From positions 1 through 57,978 of the forward strand of contig JACCLF010000036.1 in assembly GCA_013425405.1 (NCBI GenBank): DNA of 57,978 bases, in the 5' to 3' direction. A program made the translations under genes and the position numbers. The notes under the pieces are model-generated. The model worked only from the letters and a program-made list of their open reading frames with translations. It had not been told where the DNA came from and ran no database searches. Within the stretch, counting starts at the first letter, position 1. Each line of letters starts with the position of its first letter. This DNA comes from Candidatus Micrarchaeota archaeon (lineage in GTDB: Archaea > Micrarchaeota > Micrarchaeia > Burarchaeales > Fermentimicrarchaeaceae). Positions 36,184-45,228 of the stretch are shown here, in pieces.

Positions 36184-36203
36184 TTCGAATCCCGCCCGGT
36201 CCA
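36184..36203 (+). repeat. 20-nt exact copy of the 3' end of tRNA-Ala (att-like direct repeat)
   Basis: TTCGAATCCCGCCCGGTCCA equals 31462-31481 (T loop through discriminator), in the same orientation. Confidence 0.85.
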
Positions 36204-37138
36204 CTAATTATCAAATTGCTTGCTTTGGCTTAAGAATGACTTGCCTTTTTTCGACGTCACAGTGCATACCGTTATATACTACAGACCGCAATATAACTAT
36301 GTAACTTCTTTTCTCTTTCTTGAAATCTAGTTATGGTTGGTGGGAGCAATGGGACTATTTTACTCTCCCCGCAAGATGGGGATATTACTGAATATAGACA
36401 AGAATTTGAAGCGAGACGAGATTGCTGAGGAAGAGCGGGACCAGTCAGAGTAGAGTCAAGGTAGATGGAAACAATGAGGCTATTAGCGAATATGGTAATC
36501 ACCGAAATAGAACACATCGACAGTTTGGTTGAAAATTTGAAAGCAAAGGGTATTATCTGAAGTGCATAGTGAATAAGGGAAGGATGTTCTGTAATGCAGG
36601 AAAGAACTTTCAACACCCGCACTTTTTAATTCCTTTTTTCTTCTTTTTAATTCTGTAAAGACGTCTTAACCTGGTTTGGCTTGAGGATCAGATTACCCAT
36701 ACTGCCTGTAATGTACTTTGCCTCCGTGCCTCTCCTGAGCCTTTCTCCTTCTTGCCTGTGTCCTGCATGTTGCCCTTCTCCTAGCTATTCTCGTTTTCAA
36801 CAATGCATCACCTGCCTTATTCTAGACTACTCATCATCGTAAACCTTGAATTGTTTCTTCTTGCAGTACCTTTCCATATTCGCGCGGTACTCTTTATGCA
36901 CACATTCCCTTCTCATCGAACTCAATCAAATCACCACTAATCATTTTACATATCCGTATTTTTTTAATAGCAATACGCTAAACAGGATGACATTACTGCC
37001 ACTCTCCGCCTTGCCTATTACTTCCCCATAGAAATAGGATACTAATACTAGTATAGAATCTGGAGTATATAAACCAATGTATGTCAACTTGCTTTGGCTC
37101 TTCTATCTGTAAAACCAACACTGCTATATCAATTCAGC

Positions 37139-37603
37139 TCATACCACTCCGGGTTGTTTCTTGAATTTCTCAATCTGGTCAACGCCTTCAGGAGTCAGTT
37201 TATAAACCTCCTCTATCTTTTCCTTCCCCTCGAACTGCACTGCTACATAACCCGCCTTGATTAACCCCACTAACTGACTCTTGAGCGCATCCTCCACAAG
37301 CGATGGGCGGATTGTAGTCTTTGTCCTCTCCACTGTCTCCTCAACGCGTATAATTTCACTCTCAAACTTAGTTACCTTGCTTGCAGGATTTACAAGAGGC
37401 TGTTTTGATATCTCATCTGTTGCATCTTGGAGTATCTTCGTTTCTATAATCTTTAGTGCTGGTGTTTTGCCGGATTTCTCTATACTGTAAATGGTGTCCA
37501 GTATCTTCCTTGCTTCAGGTGTAAGAGATGTAGGAGGTTTCTCTACAACATCAATATTACAAAGCACCTCTTTTATTGAAGGGTCCTTTTCAGCAAAAAC
37601 CAT
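37139..37603 (-). CDS. hypothetical protein, possible C-terminal winged-helix
   Basis: Track ORF. C terminus LVGLIKAGYVAVQFEGKEKIEEVYKLTPEGV is wHTH-like (weak). Confidence 0.4.
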   Translation of the reverse strand: MVFAEKDPSIKEVLCNIDVVEKPPTSLTPEARKILDTIYSIEKSGKTPALKIIETKILQDATDEISKQPLVNPASKVTKFESEIIRVEETVERTKTTIRPSLVEDALKSQLVGLIKAGYVAVQFEGKEKIEEVYKLTPEGVDQIEKFKKQPGVV

Positions 37604-37857
37604 AACATCACCAATTAATTTCTGCGTTTCTGAGTATATTAACCTTGCTCAGACCAGGTGGTGTAACTTTAACTGGGGATGAAGGGCTTTAGGAGCCATC
37701 TATTGTTGCAGTTAGTTGAACTGGGCAGACGGAACTAGAAATTATGGTTGTTTAAGAAATGCCCTCATCCTAATTAACGCACCACGACCCACAGACCACC
37801 ATTCTTAAATACAGAAAACGGCATAATTATAGCGGTGAACTTACGATAAGCAAATGG

Positions 37858-38646
37858 TTGGCAGCAGGCATACTACTTTTGCTATCCGCTACTTTGACCT
37901 CATTCAGTTATATAGGCACGAAGCAGTTTCCTATAAAAGGCATGGGCCTGGCTGTGTGCGAGACCAGCGAATCGCATATGGAAAATGTGTCTTACATAGG
38001 TACTGTCTACTACCGCGAGAGGGTGCCGGTTGTCAACCTCCAGTATGCCCCAGAACAGCCCAATTTGCAAAAACCCTACACCCAGCAGGAATGCGTCAGC
38101 ATCCCCTACATTGAAGAGGAGTGCACTCAGGAAGGGATTGCCTATTCAATAACCGATAAGACATGCTACAGGACGGGTTGGCAGCAGAACTGGTCCAATG
38201 TTGAATGCACCTTAAAAAACACTGATTCTATTGGCGGCAATTTCACAGTCTACACTGGCTTCGGAACTGACCTTGATAAATACCCATGGATCCGGAGCGG
38301 AACCTGGGTTCATTTCACCCAGACCGGTCAGGCTACGACCGTCTACCTCTACCCCGGCTCATCAAAGACATTCGAGTATCACCTGGAGATTAAAGCGCCC
38401 GACACGCCTTTCATATGCTACTGCTATGTTGCATCCCAGTCAACAAAAGAGGTCTGCAGAAATGTGCAAAAAACCAGGCAGAAATGCCATGAGGCTGTGA
38501 GGCCAACAACCCTCTCAGACGGCGGTTCTGCCAATGATGCAACCGTAGACCCCAGAGCCATCTCATACAAGAATGAACTTAAGAGCAAGAGTGTTGTAAA
38601 ATACCGCGCAGAGACCAGATACGAATTCATTGAGGAGTCATGCTAG
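37858..38646 (+). CDS. secreted Cys-rich hypothetical protein
   Basis: N-terminal hydrophobic segment; 13 Cys by hand count. Confidence 0.45.
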   Translation: MAAGILLLLSATLTSFSYIGTKQFPIKGMGLAVCETSESHMENVSYIGTVYYRERVPVVNLQYAPEQPNLQKPYTQQECVSIPYIEEECTQEGIAYSITDKTCYRTGWQQNWSNVECTLKNTDSIGGNFTVYTGFGTDLDKYPWIRSGTWVHFTQTGQATTVYLYPGSSKTFEYHLEIKAPDTPFICYCYVASQSTKEVCRNVQKTRQKCHEAVRPTTLSDGGSANDATVDPRAISYKNELKSKSVVKYRAETRYEFIEESC

Positions 38647-38759
38647 CGGCTTCTTTGGCGTAAGTTAGCAGAAGCGAGCGGGAAATCCCACATGCTTTAG
38701 GAGTGGGAGCATGTCACATTAATATAAGACATCATCCAATAGCATATAGCGGTGAGCTT

Positions 38760-39062
38760 ATGGCTGAGGAAGAATGCCCGATGTATAGGTTCTGCAAGGT
38801 TGTTGGGAGCAAGTGGGGTAGCATAATTGTAAACAGCCTTTTAAAAAATGAAGAGCTGGGCTTCAACGAGCTTCTGAGAACGCTGAAGGCAAACCCCAAG
38901 ACTCTTTCGGACAAGCTCAGGCTTCTCGAGAGGAACAGCCTGATAAGAAGAAGAGTGGTGGAGGAGAGGCCGGTGAGGGTCATGTACTCGCTTACACCGA
39001 AGGGAAAAGAAGCTAGTGAGATTTCAGACTATCTCTCCAATTGGTTCAAAAAGTTCGAGTGA
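38760..39062 (+). CDS. HxlR-family winged-helix transcriptional regulator
   Basis: Trimmed to MAEEECPMY. CP..........GSKW....L......FNEL......NPKTLSDKLRLLERNSLIRR...ERPVRVMYSLTPKG. Confidence 0.8.
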   Translation: MAEEECPMYRFCKVVGSKWGSIIVNSLLKNEELGFNELLRTLKANPKTLSDKLRLLERNSLIRRRVVEERPVRVMYSLTPKGKEASEISDYLSNWFKKFE

Positions 39063-39071
39063 GGTGGTTTT

Positions 39072-39980
39072 ATCTTCAGCAAAATCTACATACTCGGCGC
39101 AGGCGCCATAGGCAGCTCGTGCGGGGCAATTCTGTCAAAGAAAAACGATGTCACGCTTATTGGCGATAAGAAACACGTTGACGCAATAAATGAAAAGGGG
39201 CTGACTGTGAAAGGAGGGATGGAAGGTGTTCTGCGCATAAAGGCAGACACGCAGATAAGCGAAATCCCCCCCAACACGCTGATAATTCTGACAACAAAGG
39301 TGCATGACTCCCAGAAAGCTCTTGAGGGAGTGGTTAAGCTTCTGAGGGGAGACACAACAATACTCATACTGCAGAACGGGATGGGTAACGAGGAGCTTGT
39401 GAAGGCCGTAGTTGGGGATAAACCACATGTGGAGAGGGGCGTGCTTCATTTCGGAGCTGAATTTCTTAGGCCGGGTGAAGTTACCATAATGAAGGGCTGG
39501 GTGGTACTCGGCAGTAACGAAAATGGAAAGGAAATTGCCAAGCTGTTCAATGAAAGTGGGTTAACAACGAAAGTGGTTGATGACCTCAAGAGGGACATAT
39601 GGAGAAAGCTTATAACAAACTGCGTGATAAACCCGCTCACAGCCATACTTGAGGTTAGGGATTATGAAGTTGTCGCGCCGGCTCTTGCCAACCTGCGGCA
39701 TGAAATAGTAAGTGAATGCATTGAGGTCGCAAAAGCTGAGGGAGTGGAGTTTGATAGTAACCTTGCACAGGAGGTGGATACGGAAATATCTGGGTTAAAG
39801 AACTATTCCTCAATGCACCAGGATTTGATGAAAGGAAAGAAGACTGAAATTGATTTCCTGAACGGAAAGGTTGTCGAGATGGGGAGGAAACATAAAATAC
39901 CCACTCCAGTCAACGAGTCCGTTGTCTGCATGATAAAATACTTGGAGGAGAACAATGCTAGAAGGGTTGAAGGGAAATAA
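39072..39980 (+). CDS. panE: 2-dehydropantoate 2-reductase (ketopantoate reductase); start codon unresolved
   Basis: ApbA/PanE pattern. The Rossmann motif KIYILGAGAIGSSCGAIL is encoded at 39081-39134, upstream of the track's GTG 39207. The only in-frame candidates after the upstream TGA are ATC 39072, ATC 39084 and ATA 39090. Confidence 0.7.
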   Translation: MFSKIYILGAGAIGSSCGAILSKKNDVTLIGDKKHVDAINEKGLTVKGGMEGVLRIKADTQISEIPPNTLIILTTKVHDSQKALEGVVKLLRGDTTILILQNGMGNEELVKAVVGDKPHVERGVLHFGAEFLRPGEVTIMKGWVVLGSNENGKEIAKLFNESGLTTKVVDDLKRDIWRKLITNCVINPLTAILEVRDYEVVAPALANLRHEIVSECIEVAKAEGVEFDSNLAQEVDTEISGLKNYSSMHQDLMKGKKTEIDFLNGKVVEMGRKHKIPTPVNESVVCMIKYLEENNARRVEGK

Positions 39981-40710
39981 GAAGGTCGTGATGCTCACTG
40001 CCTACGACTACCAGGTAGCCAGGCTGCTTGAGCAGGCAGGAGTAGACCTGATACTTGTAGGAGACAGCCTTGGAATGGTTGTGCTCGGTTATGAGAGCAC
40101 AAAGCAGGTTACAATGCAGGAGATGCTCCACCACACAAGAGCAGTTTCAAGAGGCGCCAGAAACACCCCGATAATAGGCGACATGCCAATTGGCTCCTAT
40201 GCAACTCCCGAGCTGGCTCTTGAGAACGCCAGGAAATTCATTGAGGCAGGAGCTATAGGTGTAAAGGTAGAAGGATGCGTGAAGGAAGTTATCCACGAGC
40301 TCATATCAAATAAAATTCCAGTCATGGGGCACCTCGGGCTGCTTCCCCAGACTGCTGAGAAGTATAAGCTTGTCGGAAAGCTTGATAATGAGGCTGAGAA
40401 AATATTTGAAGATGCGCAGGCAATTGACAAGCTTGGCGTATTTTCAATGGTGCTGGAATGCATGCCAGAGCAGCTTGCAAAGAAAATTACTGAGAATGTT
40501 AAGAGCATAACTATAGGAATAGGCGCAGGCAAATACTGCGATGGGCAGGTGCTTGTCATAAACGACCTGCTGGGAATGGATGAGAGGTTCAAGCCCAAGT
40601 ATGTGAAGAAATATGCTGATATGTCTGAAATCATAAAGAAAGCCGCAATGGAATTCAAAAAAGAGGTTGAGAGCGGGGAATTTCCTGATGATGCGCACTC
40701 GTTTCACTGA
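39955..40710 (+). CDS. panB: 3-methyl-2-oxobutanoate hydroxymethyltransferase
   Basis: VMLTAYDY..LVGDSLGMVVLGYESTK..IIGDMPIGSY..VKVEG pattern. Confidence 0.9.
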   Translation: MLEGLKGNKKVVMLTAYDYQVARLLEQAGVDLILVGDSLGMVVLGYESTKQVTMQEMLHHTRAVSRGARNTPIIGDMPIGSYATPELALENARKFIEAGAIGVKVEGCVKEVIHELISNKIPVMGHLGLLPQTAEKYKLVGKLDNEAEKIFEDAQAIDKLGVFSMVLECMPEQLAKKITENVKSITIGIGAGKYCDGQVLVINDLLGMDERFKPKYVKKYADMSEIIKKAAMEFKKEVESGEFPDDAHSFH

Positions 40711-41834
40711 ACCGCATACCTTTCAACAACTTTAATAACGGCCTCGGTTGTTTTTATCAAACCTTTGATGTTGCAATACTCATTCACTTTATGTGGTTGC
40801 CCCCGCGTTCCAGGTCCCATAACATAGCAACCTGCACCTGCGTATTTGTTGAATATAGCAGAGTCATTCCTACCCCTATTGAAATCAACCACAGGCACGC
40901 AGCCAACACTCCTAATAGCAATTTTGCATTCCTCAAGAAAATCCTCCTCCTTGAAAATTCCCCCGGGAATGCCACTCAGTTTTTCCATTTTGAAATTTTT
41001 TCCTAGAGCCTGTCTGCATATATCATTAATTCTGCTCTCTATCTCACCCTCCTCCCCATGAGGTATTGCTCTGTAATCGATTGTCAAAGAGCACTTGCCA
41101 GGTATCACGTTTGCACCTTCCTTTGCCTCAATCTGGGTGATGCTGGCTGCCGCACGAACAATGCCAATGCCATTTATTTTCATAGCAGGCAACTTCATTT
41201 TTTTGAATCTTTCAATAAAACTGCATGAGTTGTATATTGCATTCTCCCCTCTTTCCGGGTGGCCGCTGTGGCAGCTCTTTCCGAGCACGTCAACCCGATA
41301 TCTGTAGCTTCCCCTGCAGCCTATTGCTATTCCTATCGAGCCATCCTCCCTTGAAGTTGGCTCCAGCACAATACCTCTCCTTGCTTTTATTCTCTTTGCA
41401 AGTCTATACGCTCCATTCACCTCAAGGGGCTTGGCCTCCTCATTGCCAGTGAAAGTGAAAACTATCCGGTTGTTCAACTTCTCCTCTCTAAGCAGTCGAG
41501 CTATCTCAAGCATTGCTGCAACCCCTGCCTTGCAGTCACTTGAGCCTCTGCCGTAAACTCTTCCATCCTTAACAACTCCTGAGAAAGCGCCTTTCCAGTC
41601 AGCTTTTACGGTATCCATATGGGCATTGAGCAGGAATCCCTCGCCTCTCCCTATTTCAGAGAGCAGATTTCCATCGGAATCCCTTGCAACCTTAAAACCA
41701 GTTTCCCGAAGCCTTGCCTCAACATAGTCCGACATGCCAGAAATATTCTGGGAGCTATCTATTCTGACCAATTCCTGCAGGGTTCTGACAAGCCTTTTTC
41801 TATCCACATTATCCTTCTCCGTAAATTTGCCCAA
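40704..41834 (-). CDS. M20-family metallopeptidase (ArgE/DapE-like deacylase)
   Basis: LLNAHMDTV, GRGSSDCKAG, NEE metal-ligand motifs. Confidence 0.82.
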   Translation of the reverse strand: MGKFTEKDNVDRKRLVRTLQELVRIDSSQNISGMSDYVEARLRETGFKVARDSDGNLLSEIGRGEGFLLNAHMDTVKADWKGAFSGVVKDGRVYGRGSSDCKAGVAAMLEIARLLREEKLNNRIVFTFTGNEEAKPLEVNGAYRLAKRIKARRGIVLEPTSREDGSIGIAIGCRGSYRYRVDVLGKSCHSGHPERGENAIYNSCSFIERFKKMKLPAMKINGIGIVRAAASITQIEAKEGANVIPGKCSLTIDYRAIPHGEEGEIESRINDICRQALGKNFKMEKLSGIPGGIFKEEDFLEECKIAIRSVGCVPVVDFNRGRNDSAIFNKYAGAGCYVMGPGTRGQPHKVNEYCNIKGLIKTTEAVIKVVERYAVQ

Positions 41835-43848
41835 ACCAGTTGTATCCTCTTGGAGAAGAAGGCCAAATGCATATTGTATGCTTCCCCACAGTTGTGTTTA
41901 TTACTATTCCCGAGTTCGTATAGGACGAGCTCGCTGTAGCGATATAGCAATATCTGCCGCCAGAGCCGCAGCCGGTTGTTGAGCATCCACGACCGATTTC
42001 AGAGGCATCTGGGCAGTCTACACCATACATCAAATAGCGCGAATAGCTATCATTAATGCTTGTGAACTTTGCTCTAATCTTATACTGCAGTGAGGATGCA
42101 GTAATCTGGGCGCATAGATGGTCCGCTCCGTTCATTGTTCCATTCGCCAATGCAGACATATTTGATCTGGGTGTTACGTATACAAACGGATCCCTGCTGT
42201 ATCTGCTAACATCGACAGTTTTAACTTCATCCTCATACCCTTCCTTGCTGACTTCAATGCGAACTCTTCCATTTTCAACATTCTGTATTGTTGCCTCTCC
42301 ATCCTTATCTGTGTAGTTCGTCCCAAGCAGTACGCTACCTGAGTAAACCTTTACTTTCGCTTCCTTCACCTTAACGCCGCCTCCAGATTCTGTGCTGTAA
42401 TAGTAGACGGTCACCCTGAGGTTCTTATCCACCTTTGTCATGTAAATGTCAATTGGGCTTGTGAATGAGTATACACTCTGACTCTGGTTTTCATACCCCT
42501 CTTTGCTCGCAACAATGTATAAGCTTTCATTCATCAGTAAATTCTCAAACACGGCATTCCCAGAATCGTCAGTATAAAGGGTTTTGATGAGCTCATTTTT
42601 GGGCGTCGATGGACCCACATCATCAATTATACTGTAATCATACGCGTAATAAACTCCCATGAGCAAGTCAACCCTGGCTCCTGCCAGCGGCTGCCTGCTT
42701 CCATAACTCCCGGAGTAAACCTTCACCTCCAACTTTCCCTTATCAGTCCAGCTGGCATCGCTTCCAGGCAGGTTGACTGAGAAAACAATATTTTTGGCGT
42801 TCTCTCTTGCAGTATTCGCATTATCCTTCACATAAGTTATAACTCCTATGTAGTACTCGCCAACCTTTCTCTGCAGAGTGATGAGCTGGGTTGTGCTAAT
42901 CAGCTTTATTGTAGTCTCCTTCATGCAGGCCTCCTTGCCGTTGGATTCTACTATTGTGCTCTTTTCATTGCTGCTCCCAGTGCTGAAGCAGTAGTTGCCG
43001 GTCTGCTGCAGAACTGGCGTTTTTGCAATGTCCGCTCTGCCAGCAGCCACAAGGTTGTCTGCGTTGTCATCTCCGAAAAGGGCCATATAGCCGCTTCCGT
43101 TGATTAACTCATTATTTCCTGCGTAGATTTTCACTTCACCAAAAAGCTTTCCAGAAATTGGTATGCTTTTCTTTATATAATCTGTCTCGTTGAACATCGC
43201 CCTCACATTGCCTGTGTCATACTTTTTCCCAATGACCGTCTCGCAGGTATTGCCAAAATTGTTCTGCCCAGAGTATACGCTCTGAAGGGCATACCCCAGG
43301 AGGGGGCTTTCAGCGTTATCCGCAAATGCCGGAGAAGGCACATACGGGGTGTTTTTTGGCAATCCAAACGTCATCAAAACCTTTAATGTATCACCATCTT
43401 TCCACACGCATATAGGCACTTCATAACTCCCGGTGCTGATGCTTACCACAGTCACATCTTTCCCGCCAATGCTCTTTGTTTCAATTTTGGTTTGTCTTCT
43501 CGTTTTTTCGTCCATGCTTGAGTTCATCCGCTCAATAGCGTCATTCACGCTCATGTTTGTTTTTGAATAGCTGACAAATCCCAGCGAGTCATTGTATACT
43601 GCAACTGCGGCCTCGCTTCCCTTGCTGTCTTTTAGGGACTTTCCAGTGATAAGAGTTCCGAAAAGCTCCTGGAACTCCTTATTTCCATCCTCTGTGAACT
43701 TCATGTAAACCAATGCTTTGGCATTGTCCGTGGGAATGTTTGAAAATATCTCATACTCGTCCTTTGCCGGCGGATTCAGCCAATCGAGGCAGCCGGCCAG
43801 AACTATAGCTGAGAATAACAGAAGAAGAGCAACTTTTTTATAATTCAT
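41809..43848 (-). CDS. large lipobox surface protein with two carboxypeptidase-regulatory-like beta-sandwich domains
   Basis: Signal peptide ending LAGC. Segments GARVDLL...YTDDSGNAVFENL...YIVASKEGYE and VKVYSG...YTDKDGEATIQNV...IEVSKEGYE. Its N-terminal region resembles that of the 32376 protein. Confidence 0.55.
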   Translation of the reverse strand: MNYKKVALLLLFSAIVLAGCLDWLNPPAKDEYEIFSNIPTDNAKALVYMKFTEDGNKEFQELFGTLITGKSLKDSKGSEAAVAVYNDSLGFVSYSKTNMSVNDAIERMNSSMDEKTRRQTKIETKSIGGKDVTVVSISTGSYEVPICVWKDGDTLKVLMTFGLPKNTPYVPSPAFADNAESPLLGYALQSVYSGQNNFGNTCETVIGKKYDTGNVRAMFNETDYIKKSIPISGKLFGEVKIYAGNNELINGSGYMALFGDDNADNLVAAGRADIAKTPVLQQTGNYCFSTGSSNEKSTIVESNGKEACMKETTIKLISTTQLITLQRKVGEYYIGVITYVKDNANTARENAKNIVFSVNLPGSDASWTDKGKLEVKVYSGSYGSRQPLAGARVDLLMGVYYAYDYSIIDDVGPSTPKNELIKTLYTDDSGNAVFENLLMNESLYIVASKEGYENQSQSVYSFTSPIDIYMTKVDKNLRVTVYYYSTESGGGVKVKEAKVKVYSGSVLLGTNYTDKDGEATIQNVENGRVRIEVSKEGYEDEVKTVDVSRYSRDPFVYVTPRSNMSALANGTMNGADHLCAQITASSLQYKIRAKFTSINDSYSRYLMYGVDCPDASEIGRGCSTTGCGSGGRYCYIATASSSYTNSGIVINTTVGKHTICIWPSSPRGYNWFGQIYGEG

Positions 43849-43917
43849 CTTACCACCGCTATAACACTAAATTTTTTAATATATAAAGATATACATATCA
43901 AGGAAGGGCGTGGTATA

Positions 43918-45228
43918 GTGATTAAACATAATGTTTTAGTAGAGGGAAATGAGACTCTTATCCATGCAATTGAGCAGACCCTCCATGCTGTCCAACCTGA
44001 CAATCTGGTTAAAAGAAGCGTGATTCTCCGTAATGGCGAGTTGGTAATAGAGGGTTGCAGTGAGGAAAGGTTCAAGCTTGACGCTTTTGGCAGCATCCAT
44101 CTTCTTGGCTGGGGAAAGGCGAGCGGACTGATGGCTGAAGAAGTTGAAAAAATACTCCCAATCAATGGCGGAATTGTTAATATACTGCGAGGCACTCATT
44201 TCAAAGTGAAGCATATTCAGCTCCAGGAGGCCGAGCATCCCATCCCCGGCGCAGGAAGCCTTGAGGGCACCAGAAAGATGCTGGAATATGCCAAGCAGAT
44301 AAGAAAAAACGATTTGGTAATCTGCCTCATTTCAGGAGGCGGGTCCGCCCTGCTCTCCCAGCCGGTTGAGGGTTTGAAGCTTGAGGAGAAGCAGAAAATC
44401 ATAGACCGGCTCATGAAAGCCGGCGCCAATATAAATGAGCTCAACACTGTGAGGAAGCACCTCTCGAAGGTCAAGGGAGGCAGGCTTGCAGAAAAATTAT
44501 ACCCTGCGACGCTGGTAAACCTAATAATCTCAGATGTTGTCGGCGACCCGCTGGATGTAATCTCCTCAGGCCCAACAGTGCCGGACAGCACCACTTTCTC
44601 CGATGCGAGGAGGATTCTTCAAAAATACGGCCTCTGGGATGACTCAAATGCCTGCAGGATTATTGCGGCAGGAATCGACGGAAAGATTGAGGATACCCCA
44701 GAGCCTGGAGATAGTGTTTTCAGGAATGTGCACAGCTTCATCATAGGGAGCAACGAAATTGCCCTGCTTGCGGCAAAGAAATACCTTGAATCAAATGGCA
44801 TGAAGCCAGAGCTTATACGCAACGTTCATGGCGATGCAAGAGAGGTCGGCGCGATGCTTGCTGGCTTGCTCAAGAAGGGCAAGACATTCATAGCTGGAGG
44901 AGAGACTACGGTGAAGGTTGTCGGCAAGGGGATGGGAGGCAGGAACCAAGAGGTTGCGCTTGCCTGCGCTTTGGAAATAGCGGGCATGAAAGGACTTCTG
45001 TTCGCCTCATTCGGGACAGACGGAATAGATGGCAGCTCACCTGCAGATGGCGCAATTGTTGACGGTCATACAATAGAAAGAGGCAGGGAGCTTGGGCTGG
45101 ATGCGCTTGAATTCCAGAGGAATAACGACTCATACAACTTTTTCAAAAAGATTGGCGCATGCATAACCACCGGGCCAACCAGGACGAATGTGAATGACGT
45201 TATGATAGGTTTAGCGAGCAATCAATAA
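43918..45228 (+). CDS. glycerate 2-kinase / hydroxypyruvate reductase family (DUF4147+MOFRL)
   Basis: GWGKASGLMA, ISGGGSALL, GGETTVKVVGKGMGGRNQE, GTDGIDG motifs. GTG start. Confidence 0.82.
   Translation: MIKHNVLVEGNETLIHAIEQTLHAVQPDNLVKRSVILRNGELVIEGCSEERFKLDAFGSIHLLGWGKASGLMAEEVEKILPINGGIVNILRGTHFKVKHIQLQEAEHPIPGAGSLEGTRKMLEYAKQIRKNDLVICLISGGGSALLSQPVEGLKLEEKQKIIDRLMKAGANINELNTVRKHLSKVKGGRLAEKLYPATLVNLIISDVVGDPLDVISSGPTVPDSTTFSDARRILQKYGLWDDSNACRIIAAGIDGKIEDTPEPGDSVFRNVHSFIIGSNEIALLAAKKYLESNGMKPELIRNVHGDAREVGAMLAGLLKKGKTFIAGGETTVKVVGKGMGGRNQEVALACALEIAGMKGLLFASFGTDGIDGSSPADGAIVDGHTIERGRELGLDALEFQRNNDSYNFFKKIGACITTGPTRTNVNDVMIGLASNQ

Noticed and set aside
36219-37099. 12-nt direct repeat CTTGCTTTGGCT at 36219-36230 and 37088-37099, flanking the ORF-poor stretch
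   Set aside because: Many 12-mer pairs are expected by chance in 58 kb. There are no additional supporting features such as inverted termini or a transposase.
39060-39062. TGA reassigned as a sense codon (alternative genetic code)
   Set aside because: Several confidently called genes in the window terminate at TGA at the expected length (ABC ATPase 8320-8322, spt5 20961-20963, panB 40708-40710), so global recoding is not supported.
39207-39209. GTG at 39207 as the panE start (as in the ORF track)
   Set aside because: It would delete the GAGAIG dinucleotide-binding motif, which is clearly encoded in frame upstream. See the finding on the non-canonical start.
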